64,000 bases of DNA from Mobula hypostoma (lineage: Eukaryota). This document shows, in pieces, positions 48,347 to 62,043 of this stretch. Location: NCBI RefSeq assembly GCF_963921235.1, contig NC_086097.1, forward strand, positions 11,470,001 to 11,534,000, given 5' to 3'. The position numbers were made by a program, and so were the translations under genes. The stretch's first letter is position 1. Each line of letters starts with the position of its first letter. The notes beneath the pieces are model-generated. The model searched no databases, was not told the origin of the DNA, and worked only from the letters and a program-made list of their open reading frames with translations.

Positions 48347-49567
48347 GTACAAGTTACATCTGTTCCAGGCCTCCTTTATGACCATCCTTTTCTTCTGTCT
48401 CTGGCAAATAAAAATATGTAAAGAGAAGTAACTTAGGAAAACCAGAATTATTTTTTTTTTGCAATGCGGATTGTGGGATGCATCAATAGCTTTTAAAATG
48501 GACACTAGGGAATGGGAAAATAGGAAATGACAGTCTCCAGCAATGGCATGGTCCAAATTATAGAGCGACATACAAGACTGATGTAGAAGAATCATAGCTT
48601 TTATTCCCATTGTATTGAAGAGAAAACTTTATTAGCATTCATGACCCAATAATGAAAAGATGAGTATGAGTGCTAGTACTTTCTGTGCTTATAATTTACT
48701 ATTTGTAAATATTTTTTTCATTAGTTTTTCTTATTATTTTAGAATCTATTCTAGGTTAGGCCAAAAATTTGCTTGAAGTTTCTGCTGCATTTTGAAACAC
48801 TAAGGTATTAGCGTTCTTGATATTTTTGCTTATTTATTTCTTTTTGTATGTGCACTGTTTGTTGTCTTTTTCGTATTTGTTGTTTGTCAGTTTATGTTGT
48901 GTGTGGTTTTTCTTTGATTTTATTGTGTTTCTTTGTATCTACTGTGAATGCCTGCAAGAAAATGAATCTCAGTGATATATATGCACTTTGATAAGAAACT
49001 TACTTTGAACTAAGATAATATTTGGCTTCAAGCTAGTTCTGTTAAAACTAATTGAAGGGAATGCAGAAGTGTGACTGCTGATTAATTTTTGTTGGTGCAC
49101 ATCTATATTGATAATTCTCCAAATGGAATTTATAAAGATAAAGAGATTAGCTTTCCAGAATAAATAAACTTCATCAAAGAACTAAATAAAACTCATCCAA
49201 GGACTCATTTTTAAAGTCTTTGTTTTCATATTGGGAATGAATTAGATTGCTTATTTTTTTTTAAAGTGGTGTTTTCCTTTTGAGTACTATAAACAAATTT
49301 GTACGCCGAAAGAAAAAAAACCTTCAGAGAGCAGTGTATTTGTTACCAGCTTTGTTAATACTTAAGAGATATTGTGTCATTCGTTTAACCAGGTCACTTT
49401 CTTTAAAACCACACCCAAGGTGTAATGATGCCAAATGGTTTATTGCCAATAGCAGTAGGTGATGTATTTTGTTAGATTGCTTGTTTACAGGCAAAAAATT
49501 ATATACAATGCAATATATAGATCTTGAAAAATTTGAATATGAAAAGTGTGTGTGTGCATATGTATAT

Positions 49568-50660
49568 GTGAATTTAATTTGGCTTTTATGACGCTGATCA
49601 ACAGGAAAAAAACTCATGTCAAAGTGAAAACAGATCTCTAAAAAGTGACCCAAATTAGTTACAAATATAAAGCAAAATAATTGATTGCGTTAGTATTCAC
49701 CCACTTCATGTCAGGATTTAGTAGATGCACCTTTTTGAACCTTTGTCAGCAATTACAACCTTGAGTCTGTGTGGTTAGGTCTCTATTAGCTTTGCACAAC
49801 TGGACACTAATTTTTCCCCATTCTTCTTTACAAAACTGCTCAAGCTCTGTCAGATTCCATGGGGATCGAGTGAACAGGTCTTTTCAAGTCCAGCCACAAA
49901 TACTCAATTAAGCTATGATGGATGAAGCACCCAGGCAACTGTTGTATCTGCAGTCTCTCTTATCTCATCCACTGAAGCGTGTAACTCCTCCAGAGTTGTC
50001 ATAGGTCTCTTGGTGGCCTCCCTCACTAGTCCCATCTTGTACAGTCACTCAGATTTTTGAGGACGGCCTGCTGTAGGCCGATTTACAGCTGTGCCATATT
50101 CTTTCCATTTCTTGATTGACTTACTGTACTCCAGCGAATATTCAGTGACTCGGAAATGTTCTTGTATCCATCTCCTGACGTATGCTTTCCAATGCCCTTT
50201 TTGTGGCGTTGCTTGGAGTGTTTTTTCAATAGCCTTTTTGTGGAGTTGCTTGGAATGTTCTTTTGTCTTTATGGTGTAGTTTTTGCCAGGATACTGACTC
50301 ACCAGCAGTTGATCCTTCCAGATACAAGTGCATTTTTACTACAATCAATTGAGACACCTTGACTGAATACATGTCTCCAAAAACAGATCTCCATTTAATT
50401 AAATGACTTCTGAAACCAATTGGCTGTACCAACATTGATTTGGTGTGTCATGTTAAAGAGTGGCAAATAATTATGCAATCAATTATTTTGTGTTTTAAAT
50501 TTAGATCACTTTGTACAGATGTTTTCACTTTGACACCAAAGAGTCTTTTTCTGCTGATCAGTACAAAAAAAAAGCCGAATTACATCCACTGTGGTTCAAT
50601 GTTGTAAAACAATAAAACATGAAAATTTCCAAGGGGGGTGGATACTTCTTATGGATACTA
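49568..50660 (-). mobile_element. Internally deleted Tc1-family DNA transposon with long IR/DR-type terminal repeats
   Basis: Inverted repeats 49570-49705 / 50460-50660 (tgtcaaagtgaaaaca...aaaataattgattgc versus gcaatcaattatttt...tgttttcactttgaca); ORF 50045..50302 KTKEHSKQL...IKKWKEYGTAVNRPTAGRPQK is a Tc1 paired-like domain. Confidence 0.85.
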
Positions 50661-51011
50661 TTTCCCCATAGAACTGCAAGTTATTTTCTCTCAATTTTCT
50701 GTTGTTTCTTTTGACAAGCCTGAATTGACTGTATCCACCATTTATCATTGGTGAGTTCCAGATCATTTAAAAACTTGCTGCGACTTCTGTAAGGAAACAT
50801 CTTCGTATATTGTCTAAATCTTCATTTTACAAAGTCAAATTATTCAAGATTGTTTAATGTCATTTCCAATACACACGTGTAAGCAGAATAAAATAATTGT
50901 TACTCCAGATCTAATGCAGCATTAAAATAAATCAATAAGATAAAGAACACAATACTAAACAAAAATGCGATAAATAGAAATACATAAGATACCTTATATA
51001 CATTGATTGTA

Positions 51012-51916
51012 CAGTGCCTTGAAAGGGTATTCAGCACCCACAACTATTTTCAGATTTTACTGTTTCATTTTCTAAATTTAAAATATATTGAAGAATTTTT
51101 TTGAGCTGATGTACAAAACATTGTGCATCATGTCAAATCAAAAGAATAATTCCTGAACCTGTCAACAATTTACTAAAAATAAAACAAAATTGAGGCTGAA
51201 GAAGTGTTTATTGCACTAGCTTTCCTCAGGTGCAATTTACTGTATGACCTTACCAACCCATCAATTTGTTGATGTAGAAAATTGACAGATCACCTGTTTT
51301 CAATTAATTCATAAGAATGCCTTCCACCTCTCCGTAAGGTCCAAGAGTATGGTAGATTTTCAACAGACCAAACCAAAATGAAAATAAAAGAGCATTCAAG
51401 ACAAGTCAGGCAAATGATAGTAGAGAAGCTCACATCTGGGGAAGGGTACAAGACCATGTCAAAGACACTGAATATACCTTTAGAGCTTGGTGCAGTCCAT
51501 CGTGAAAAGTATGAAACCACAGCCACACTGTGGTTTAGGCTGCCATTCTAATCTTAGTCGTCAGAGAAGAACGGCACTTATAAAAGCTGACGCCAACAGT
51601 CATTCTGAATGAGCTGTACAAAGTCATTGTCTGCAACTGGAGATGAAGTTAGTGGCTCCACAATCTCTAAGGTCTTGCACAAAAAGAATATTTAACAAGA
51701 AGCCCTGCTTTAAAAAATAAAGCACATCTTTGCCCATAAAGATACTATGAAATGTGGAAAAAGATCTTGTGGTCGGATGAGCCTAAAGTAGAATTTTTCT
51801 GCCTCAACAACGTGTGGCATAAATCTAATACTGAGGATCAGTCAGGTTAAACTATCTCTACTGTAAAGTATGGTGGAAGTGACTTCATGTTATAGTGATG
51901 CTCTTCAGCAGAAGGG
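51012..51916 (+). mobile_element. 3'-truncated Tc1-family transposon, pseudogenised transposase
   Basis: TA|cagtgccttgaaagggtattca start; ATG at 51378 MKIKEHSRQVRQMIVEKLTSGEGYKTMSKTLNIP; later WKKILWSDEPKVEFF and TVKYGGSDFML**CSSAEG. Confidence 0.88.
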
Positions 51917-52094
51917 TGGGTTAGTGGGTGAACTCTCCTAAATTGGAAAATGTCAACGTAAGTCAACTATGCTTTGAACCAGCAAACTTTCTAATGAGTA
52001 TTAAAAATAACTAGCCCAATTTTGTCTGCCTATTGAATGAATATAAAAGATTACATAACATTACCTGATAGAGCACCAATGGAAACATTTGAGG

Positions 52095-52330
52095 ATTTGA
52101 GGGAAACTTCTTCACTCATAGGGTCATGAGAGTGTGGAACGAGCTGCCAGCGCAAGTGGTGGATGTGATTTCTATTTCAAAATTTAAGAAAAGTTTGGAT
52201 AGGTACAGGGATGAAAGGGAAATGGTGGCAGGGATGCTGGTGCAGGCCGATGGGAGTAGGCAGTTTAAATGGTTCAGCACAGGCTAGATGGGACAAAGGG
52301 CCTGTTTCCATGCTGTACTTCTCTATGACC
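52095..52330 (+). mobile_element. CR1-clade LINE 3' end
   Basis: aacttcttcactcatagggt...tggaacgagctgcca...aagggcctgtttccatgctgtacttctctatgac. Confidence 0.8.
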
Positions 52331-53171
52331 TTTATCCAGTTGTTAACCCTTTGCAGGAAACGTTTTGAAATAGAATTCTCTATCTGATCTCTGTATGTTT
52401 CCTTCTTGAAGATGGGTAAAGACTTATGGGCTAGCAAGTAAATCAAGGATAAGGATTGCTTATCTTTTCAGAATCTTTCTCGTGAAATAGCAATTTGCTT
52501 ATTGAGTAACTACTGGTTGCAGTGCAGGTTGCCGAAGTGGTGTTTTCTTTCACAGTATTATAATCTTGCTGATGTGCAGAGCTGGAAATTTGCTGCTTAA
52601 TTTTGAATGTATTTATGTTTCAATGTGAAGGAGATACTTTAATATCCTGGAAGTGATTGTGCAACTAATCTACAAATTGAAGCATAGCACATTATGTAAG
52701 TTTTAATTTTTTCGTCACATTACTGTGAGAGCGAATGTTGGAAACATTCATGATTGTTTCCAAATGGGTTAAGCAAAGACTCAAAGAAAATGGTTTGCTG
52801 GGCAAAGATGTGCTCTCCATTTAGAATGAAACCACTGAAATAATTTGATAAAGATGTTCTGAGGACAGGGATTACAAAAGCTGTCATTTAAGCGTATGAT
52901 ATGCTGCTTGTGTCAGTATGAATGAAGCAGCTGGCCATTACATATGGAGCACTGCCCAGACCAGTTCTGTCAGCATATGTGTCAAGAGTACAGGTGTTCT
53001 TTTGATGCACCCATTGGGCAGGAACTTGCATTTAGTTTTTATAGGGTCATGGTTCCTAAACCAACCAAATTACATCATCAATTTGGTACTGGCACCATCT
53101 CTACTTATGAATAGTATAGGGATTGCAGTAAGGCCATGCAGGAATTTAAGCCTAGAAACTAGTTAGATATT

Positions 53172-53608
53172 CTTACTAACTGCCCATTATGCCGTTGGCA
53201 TTTAGAGCAGCAATGAAGGTCTTCCATCTCTAGTGTTCAGGGCTTCCTTCGTTATGTCAGTGGCTTCCTCTTGATTTTCACGTCTGTCCGTCATGCAAGT
53301 CCCAGATGTAGTTTCAAGAATAGTGTCACACTCTGATGTAAAAGGATTCTTCTTTGCTGATTCCGTAACAGTTTTGTTTTACCAGTCAGGGTTGTTGGCC
53401 ATAAGCTGAACCTCTGAACGTGGAGGCCCAGTGGACTCCGCAAAAGGGAGGGGAGGGGGCGTGGCCCAAACGGGAGAGGAGCTGGCCACGGTGGAGATCA
53501 TCAACCCTACGCTGTTTGCCCTCCCATTGCCAGGCTGGTATAGATCTCTGGGTCATTGAGGCATGCAAACCTCCAAACCATGATGAGGTTTTGGTCCTCT
53601 TGGAGGAG
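53172..53608 (-). mobile_element. RTE-clade (Expander-like) non-autonomous element
   Basis: Antisense 3' end cttactaactgcccattatgccgttggcatttag; antisense 5'-UTR-like cagggttgttggcc...ggagg and gggtcattgaggcatgcaaacctccaaaccatga. Confidence 0.55.
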
Positions 53609-56479
53609 TTAGATTTTCAGGCAATGAAGAATTAGGAGACAACGTAGATATGAATAAGGTGCTGGATGAGACTATTTGAAGCAGGATAGTATAGGGCAAA
53701 GCAGGAGAAATGGCAGGCTAACCAAAAGGTCATTGAAATAATCAATTTGACAAGTTTGGATAAAGTTTTTTTTTCAGTTGGCGGACAGACAATGCTGTTG
53801 ATGTTGAAAAATTATAAAGATGGGATTATATGCTGTCTTTTAACACTAGTGACATCTTGAATTCAAATTATCTTCTGTGTTCCAACAATACACAATAGTG
53901 GAAATGGTGCTTTGAAGTATCGGCCTGGACTGCAAAAACAATGCAGTGGAGAGAGAACCCGCAGTGGCGTGAGAACTACCTGTTAAAACAAACTGACAGT
54001 ATTTTTTTGGAATGTATATCAAACTGCTGATTGCCAGGGCAAGAAGTACCAACTATGCAGTTAGTAAGCTGTCAAATACAACATTTTTTGCTCAAGAAAA
54101 GTAAATGATGGAAGACAAAGGCCTAGATACTGTATACTGATTTTTTTAAACTGGCTGGAAGTTAGCAGCTGTTTTAATGCTAGCTAGTTATGGAGTTATC
54201 CTTTCCATTGCAATATTCATTTTCTGGAATTTGAAAATTACAGCTTGATGTTTGAAACACGAAACATGTGGCAAATAGTGCAATGACACGGCACTTCCGT
54301 TTCATGTCAAACAGCAACCAAACAGCGAGATTGCCGCCTTTGACAGGGCTTCTCGAACATCACTGAACATGTACTGCAGGAAGTATAATCGTGCAATGCA
54401 GAGAAGATACTAACACTGAGGAGCATGCCATGAGGTTCTCAGTGAAAGATGTGGAAATCCTGGTGGAAGCAATTAAAGGAAAGGTTTGCTTTGTGCAATG
54501 CAGAATCATTCAAGCTCCAATGCTTGACTGTTGAGTCTTACATAAGTGGTTTGGGATTTTGAGACAAAGTGCAAAATAATTTTATCAGTTTGGTGCCTCT
54601 CAGCCAGTGCAAAAAAAAAGATCAACTGAAGTTTCTCTTCCCATAAGCTTTCTGACGAATTCTGCTGAAAAGTACATTGAGTGAGGTGGAGTTGGTAACT
54701 TTGACATTTCATCTGCTTGTAACTAATCTGTCAGCACTCTCTATCGTGGATCAAACTGATAGATGACCATGTGGGTGAGGTGCAAAGAGCTGATGACACT
54801 TTGCAACAGCAGCACTGGTTTAAGGAGAATGAAGAGAGCATGATAACTGAAGAACACTATTAAGTGAAAATGAGAATTTCCAAAGTGGTGTGAAATATGA
54901 TTAAAGGTTTGCCTCTTGAGGTTATAGTTTTGAATTCAGGACTGGATTAGGACTGTAATTGTTCTAAAGTAGAATACAGCGTTCGATTAAATAGTGCTTT
55001 GAAATTTTTATAACTCTTTACTGACGTACTATCTCCTGATTTTGACATATGGTAATGTCAGCGCTTGAATGCTACTAATCAGAGCTGCAGACAGGCAGGG
55101 GAGGGTGTACCTCATACACTTAATCAGTGTAGTTTACATATGGAAGTTGCCGCTCAGGATCTGCCCTGTGCCAGCTGAGGGTTACGTGCCCACTGCAGTT
55201 ATTGTGTGTAATTATCAAACCAATCTGTTCAACGCAGCAGGGTTTAGATGGTAATGATGAGGCAGAGATGAAGGGAAAAGATGCACTGTACTCATTGGTA
55301 GCTGAGAATTGTAGCTGTTGATTTATTACTGTGTATCCAAAAGAAAACTCTTAGCAACCTGCTGTTACATTTTCAATGTAAAACAAGCCATTGCAGCGAT
55401 GAGCCATTGTGGCCTGTTGATTACATCTAGCAGCTATTGGCCAAGGTGGTTGTGTACAAAGCTGCACCTTAAGCCCTTGGAAGGGGAGGGGGAAGGGGAA
55501 AGGGGGAAGGAAATGCCAAATTTCACTAATGGCCATACAAACCTATTTTTCCCTCGAGCACTTGGGAAGTATGTTACCTCAGAAATGAAATGTGGTATTA
55601 AGCAGCATGTGAAAAAATAAATGCAGTGATTAGAGTGTAAGCCAATTGTTGCTAACCATTTAAAAATTTGTTCAGAGTTATTATAAAATGATAAAATACT
55701 ATACACCATGCCCTGGAGAGTATCCAAGGTTTTGAAAGAGAATTAAGGAATCTCAAAAATTGGTTCAAACGAGGAGAATTAGCAGTACTCTTTTCTTGGG
55801 CCAAACAATACCAACAGTGTTCTCTGCATTGATTTCTTGACTAAGCTTGCCATTTGGCTATGGGAAAACAATTAGCTAAACAAAGATCTGCCATAGCATT
55901 TGACTAACTGCAGTTTAAATCGCAATTTTATCCCCTCTATTGTCTGCTTATCTAGGCTGCAGTCCAAAGCTGTTCCAGCAAATAGAAGGCTCTTTAAAAA
56001 TAGTGGACTTGTTCTTGTGTCTGTTTCTATTGTACAATTATTCTGATGCCTGAGACTATTTTACTTGTGGAGAGATTTCAAATGTGCATATATTAGTGCC
56101 TGACATCCGTATGTTTATTATTTTGTAATAAGAATTTGTCTGTAAATTAAACTCTGTAGTCTGGGCTGTGTCTACAAGCATTGACATTGCTTTAAATGTG
56201 TCTTTTGCATATTATGGTTCCTATGGCATTTATCTTTTAAAATGAGCAGTAATTATTTTCTTATAGGCAGTTACTAAATATTTGCTGATTACTTGAACTG
56301 CATTGTTGAACATTCTGGCTTGAAGTAAATTATAAAAGTGGTGTAAATTTAGATATTATATAAATTATATTTTGTATCTTCGAGACACATCCATTATGTT
56401 AGTTTTGCAACAGTGGTGATTAAATCACAATTTTATGACATACTCGAGGGTGGATTATTCCAAATGTAGTACCATTAAA

Positions 56480-57075
56480 TGCAGGAACTAACATAAAGTG
56501 TTTCACGGAGGTGCATTCCACTGAGAAGCGGGGAGGGCAACAGCAGTGGCTTGGTTGACTTGATATTTTAAGGGAAGAGAATCCCAAAGGCTAATTCCAG
56601 TGCCTGAAGGTGTAGTTATCCCCGTACCCAGAGTTTGAAGTAGGCAAATCTACATCCAGAATATCACATGCACTTCTAGTCACTCAGTTATAGAAAAGAT
56701 GTCAAGGCTTTGCAGAAGGTTTACCAGGGTGCTGCCTGGATTAGAGGGCATGTTCTATAATGAGAGTCTGACCAGACTTTGGGTTGTTTTCTCAGGAGTG
56801 ACAGAGGCTGAGGGGAAGATTCTGACAGTAGTTTATAAGATTATGAATCTGAGGAAAATGGAGGAACATGGACTTTGTGTAGGCGTAACAGATTAGTGTA
56901 GTTGAGTTTGCCATTTGATTACTAATTTATTTGGTTCAGCACAACATTGTGGGCTAAATAGCCTGTTCCTGTGCTGATCTGGTCTGTGTTCTAGGCAGAC
57001 AATGTAAAGCTGGAGAGATTACTGAGGAGGACAGGATCATTAAATGATTTGAGTAGGAAAAGAATTTAATTTTTG
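56480..57075. mobile_element. Ancient L2-like fragment (-) interrupted by a CR1 3' fragment (+, ~56655-56993)
   Basis: RRFTRVLPGLEGM CR1 translation with a CR1-type tail; flanks resemble 1545-1800. Confidence 0.55.
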
Positions 57076-57723
57076 AAATTTTTCACATTTTCTATTCTAG
57101 TTGTGCGTGTCAGCTTTTAGGAATGAAGACTTCAGTCTCTGGTCATATGATCTTTTTTGTGCTTTTAACTGCACACATTTTGCCTACACTTTAAAGCACT
57201 TTTGGAAAGAAGGAAGTCTGAAAAGATTTCCAGAGAGGTTAGGAAGAGATATTTGAAAAGGCATGCTACTTTTGATAGGTATAAAATTGTCAGGTGGACT
57301 AGGTGGAAAACTAATCACCTCATATTTAAATTTCCAAGCATCTTTGTATATGCTGAAAAGAATAAGAGTTATAGATAATGAAGATCTCTTCAGCATAATT
57401 TTATCTTAAACAGAGCAGTTAACTAATTATTCAGGAGTTACATATTGTCCATAATCTGTAGCCTTAAATATGACTTGAGATCAAATTTACTTCCCACGCC
57501 TTATGCTTTTCCTTGCCACTTTCTGGATCTCAGTTAATGGTATAGGACATCTGTCTCTGAAAACACGAGTTGGTATGCTGAAACCAACTATCAGCTGTAA
57601 ACACTTCAGCATTAAGTTGTGCATTAGTAACTTAGTTTCAGAAAATTTAGGTTTGGGATATTAAGATGAATTGTCTGATTTTATGCTGCTGTAATGCTTA
57701 GAATTCGAAAGAACCATTCCAAA

Positions 57724-59628
57724 AGACCACATGACATAGCAGAATTAGTCCATTCAGCCCATTGAGTTTGCTCTGACATTTCATCATGGCTATCCCGGAT
57801 CCCATTCAACCCCATATGCCTGCCCTCTCACCATATCCCTTGATGCCCCAACTAATCAGAAATCTATCAGCTTCCGATTTACCCACAGACTTGGCCTCCA
57901 CTGCAGTCTGTGACAAAGCAATCCACAGATTCACCACTCTTTGGCTAAGAAAATTACTCTTTTCTTCTGTTCTAAAAGGTTGCCCCTCAATTTTGAGACT
58001 GTGCCCTCTAGTGCCTACCAGAAGAAACGTTCTGTCCACAAGAACCTTATCTCGTCCTTTCAACATTCAGTTGGTTTCAATGAGAACCCCATGCAATCTT
58101 CTAAATTCCAGTGAGTACAGGCCCAAAGCTGCCAAGCACTCCTCATATGTTAACCCCTTCATTCTCAGAATTATCCTCGTGAAGGGTGCAGAAGAGATTT
58201 ACAAGGATGTTACCTGGATTGGGGAGCATATCTTACGAGAATAGGTTGAGTGAACTCGGTCTTTTTTCCTTGGAGCGGCAGAAGATGAGAGGTGACCTGA
58301 TAGAGGTATATAAGATGATGAAAGGCATTGATCATGTGGATAGTCAGAGGCTTTTTCCCAGGGCTAAAATGACTAGCATGAGAGGGCACAGTTTTAAGGT
58401 GCTTGGAAGTAGGTACAGAGGAGATGTCAGGGTTAAGTTTTTTTTACTCAGAGAGTGGTGACTGCATGGAATGGGCTGCCGGCGACAGTGGTGGAAGTGG
58501 ATATGATAGGGTCTTTTAAGAGATTCCTGACAGGTTCATGGAGCTCAGAAAATTAGAGGGCTATGGGTAACCCTTGGTAATTTCTAAGGTAAGGACATGT
58601 TCGGCACAGCTTTGTGGGCTGAAGGGCCTGTATTGTGCTGTAGGTTTTCTATGTTTCTTTGGACCTCCTCTGGACTCTCTCCAATGACAATACACAGTTT
58701 CTAAGGAGTCTAAAGTTGTTCACAATACTCCAAGTGCAGCCTTACCAGTGTCTTGTAAAGCTTCAGCATTATCTCCTTGTTTTTATATTCTTTCCCCTTG
58801 AAATAAATGCCATCATTGCATTTGCTTTCTTTACCAGAGACTCAACCTTTGAATTAACCTTCCTGGAGTCATGCACAAAAATTTCTAAGTCCCTTTGCAC
58901 CTCTGATGTTTGAATTATCTCCCCATTTAGAAAATAGTCTGGACTATTGTTCCTTTTACCAAGATGCAATATCATACATTTCCCAACACTGTATTCCATC
59001 TGCCACTTTTTTTGCCCATTCTTCCAATTTGTCTAAGTCCTGCCTAGCCCTCCACCTATCTTCGTGTCACCCGCAAACCTTGCCACAAAGCTATCAATTC
59101 CGCTATCTAAATCGTTGACAAACAATGTGAAAAGTAGTAGTCCCAATACTGACCCTCAAGGGATACCACAAGTCACTGACAGCCAACTAGAAAAGGCCCC
59201 CTTTATTGCCCTCTATGCATCCCAATTCTTTCCTGTAACACCACAGGATTTTATCTTCTTAAGCAGCCTCATGTGAGGCACCTTCTGAAAATCTAAGCAA
59301 ATGACATCCACTGCCTCTTCTTAGTCCACCTGGTTTGTTACTTCCTCAAAGAATTCTAATAGATTTGTCAAGCAGGATTTCCCTTCACAGAAACCATGCT
59401 GACTTTGAATTATTTTATCATTAGTCTCCAAGTACTCTGAAATCTCGTCCTTAATAATAGACTCCAACACTTTCCCAACCACTGAGGTTAGACTAACTGG
59501 CCTATAATTTCCTCTTTTGTCTTCCTCCTCCTCAAAGAGTGGAGTGACATTTGCAATTTTCCAGTCCTCCGGGACTATGCCAGAATCAAGTAATTCTTGA
59601 AAGATCATGACCAATCCATCCATTATCT
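57724..59628 (-). mobile_element. CR1 RT fragment with an oppositely oriented CR1 3' end inserted at 58183-58657
   Basis: Outer: PEDWKIANVTPLF...NYRPVSLTSVVGKVLES...QHGF. Inner (+): QKRFTRMLPGLGSISYENRLSELGLFSLE with ttttctatgtttct tail. Confidence 0.9.
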
Positions 59629-59767
59629 TTCACTATGGTATGTTCATGTGATTATGAAAGTTCATTTGAGTAGGGATGAAGTTCAGTGACCGAGTTAGTA
59701 CTGATATTCCTTGAATGAACTATAGTTCAACAATTACAGATGAATCTCATAGTGAACTTCCTGTTTA

Positions 59768-60075
59768 AAAGTTCATTTATTATCAAAGTATACAACCCTG
59801 AAATTCTTCTCCAGATAGCCACAAAACCAAATAGCTGAAACAAAACCAAATAAAACCAAAGAAAATAACTGCAGCACCATCATCAACCCCCAAATTCTTT
59901 CTCCTTGCACAAAAAAAAACAAGATTGGGCAAAAAACACAGAATATTTTAAAAAAAAAACTATAAGACTAGAAAAAAAAAGTCTATAGTCTGAAGTCCAT
60001 ATCCAAATGCAGAAAACCTAGGTGACATTGTGCAAGCACAGAGGTAAGCCTTTCCCTCTCCACCAGCGATCATAA
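59768..60075 (-). mobile_element. 3' fragment of the family seen at 9278-9865
   Basis: Shared start aagttcatttattatcaaagtatacaac and internal motifs. Confidence 0.6.
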
Positions 60076-60099
60076 GGCACTCTCCCCTTTCCGATTACT

Positions 60100-61920
60100 G
60101 TAAATACAAGAAACAATAGAATCAGTGAAGGACCACACCCAACAGGGGGACAACGATCACGGTGCAAATACAAAATGAAAGATAAAAATTAAATATTGAG
60201 AACATGAGGTGAAGAGTCTTTGAAAGTGAGTCCATTTCAGTGGGAGCAATTCAGTGATGGAGTGAGTGAAGTTGCCCTCTCTGGTTCAAGAGCCTGGTGG
60301 TTGAGGGGTAATAACTGTTCCTGAACCTGGTGGTGTGGGTCCTGAGGCTTTTGTACTTCCTTCCTGATTTCAGCAGCGAGAAAAGAGCATGGCCTGGATG
60401 GTGGGGATCCTTGATGATGGATGCTGCTTTCTTGTGACAGCGCTCTGTGTAAATGTGCTCAGTAGTGGAGAGGGCTTGTCATGTGATGGTCTGGGCTGTA
60501 CTCACTACTTTTTAAGTACAAGGGCATTGGTGTCTGCAAATCAGGCTGTGATGTAACCAGTAATACTGTCCACCACACATCTATAGAAGTTTTAGATGCC
60601 ATGCTGAATTTTTGCAAACTTCTCAGAAAGTAAAGACGCTGCTATGCTTTCTTCATGATGCGCTTACTTGCTGGACCTAGGACAGGTCCTCTGAAATAAT
60701 AACACCTTGCAATTTAAAATTGCTGACCCTTTCCACCTCTGGAGGGCTGGCTCATGGACCTTTAGTTTCCTCTCCTGCTGCCTGGTCTTGCTGACGTTGA
60801 GTGGGAGGTGGTTGTTGTTGCTGTGGTACCACTCAGCCAGATTTTCAATTTCCCTCCTATATGCTGATTTGTCACCAACCTTGATTTGGTCAACAATAGT
60901 GGTGCTGTTGGTAAACTTAAATATGACATTGGAGTTGTGCTTAGCCTCACAGTCATACTGTAAGTATAAAGCGAGTAGAACAGGGTGATAAGCATACAAC
61001 CTTATGCCGAGCGAGATTGTGGAGGAGATGTTGTTGCCAATCTGAACTGACTAGGATCTGCAAGTGACGAAATAGTTTCCAGTTGCACAAGGAGGTATTG
61101 AGACCCAGGACTTAAAGCTTATTGATTAGTTTTGTGGATATGATAGTATTGCCTGCCGAGCTATAATCAATGAAAAACATCCTGATACATGTATCTTCGC
61201 TGTCTAGATGTTCCATGATTGAGTGAAGAGCCAATGAAATGGCATTCACTGTTTACCTGTTGTGACAGTAAGCAAACTGGAGTAGATCCAAGTTGCTTCT
61301 GAAACAGGATTTGATGTATTTCATCACCAACCTCTCAAAGCACTTTATCACATTATTCTTGGGCACTGGTATAATTGAATCTGCTTGAAGCAGGTCGGTA
61401 GCTCAAACTGCCGAAACAAGAGGCTGAGGGTATCGGTGAACACTCCAACCAATTGATCAGCACAGGTCTTTAGTACTCGGCCAGATACCCATCTGGGCTG
61501 GATGCTTTCCATGGGTTCATCCTTCTGAAGGATGCTCTGATGACAGCTCAGACAGCTCTGATGAAATCACAGGGCCATCGGGAGGCTGTGGGAGTGTACG
61601 AAGGTGGCTGCATGTTTTGATAGTCAAAGTGAGCATAAAAGGCAATGAGCTCATCTGGGAGTGAGGCTTTGTTGTTACCTATGTTGTTTGGTTTCACTTT
61701 GTAGGGGTGATAGCATTCAAATCCTGCCACAGCTGTCAGTGGTTCAAGTCTGGTCCTGAATTGCTACTTTGTGTGTGAGATGACTTTCTGGAGATCGTAC
61801 CTGGACCCCTTGTATCCTACTTGGTCGCCAGACCTGATTGGCACTGATCTGGTCCTCAGCAGATTGCAGATCTCATGGTTCATCCAGGCCTTCTGGTTAG
61901 GAAAGACTGAATGATTTTGA
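60100..61920 (-). mobile_element. Rex1/Babar-like LINE, decayed RT region and 3' end
   Basis: ORF 60664..60999 DCEAKHNSNVIFKFTNSTTIVDQI...SAYRREIENLAEW (degenerate KFADDTT); ORF 61548..61730 ASLPDELIAFYAHFD. Confidence 0.8.
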
Positions 61921-62043
61921 ATGTGAATGTGCCTATAAAATTAAACATTTATCCCATTATGGCTGCAATATCCTAAATCTATTTATTTTATTTGTATGAC
62001 TATTTATGTCAGGATATCCCAAAGCATTTTTTTACAGCCAATT

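Noticed and set aside
55254..55305. C/D box snoRNA (ATGATGA...CTGA)
   Set aside because: Too short, no convincing terminal stem and no recognisable guide sequence.
55956..55985. Possible alternative terminal VRK1 exon (tatctag|AAVQSCSSK*)
   Set aside because: No similarity to the basic C-terminal tail of VRK1 and no transcript evidence; such acceptor-like sites are common.
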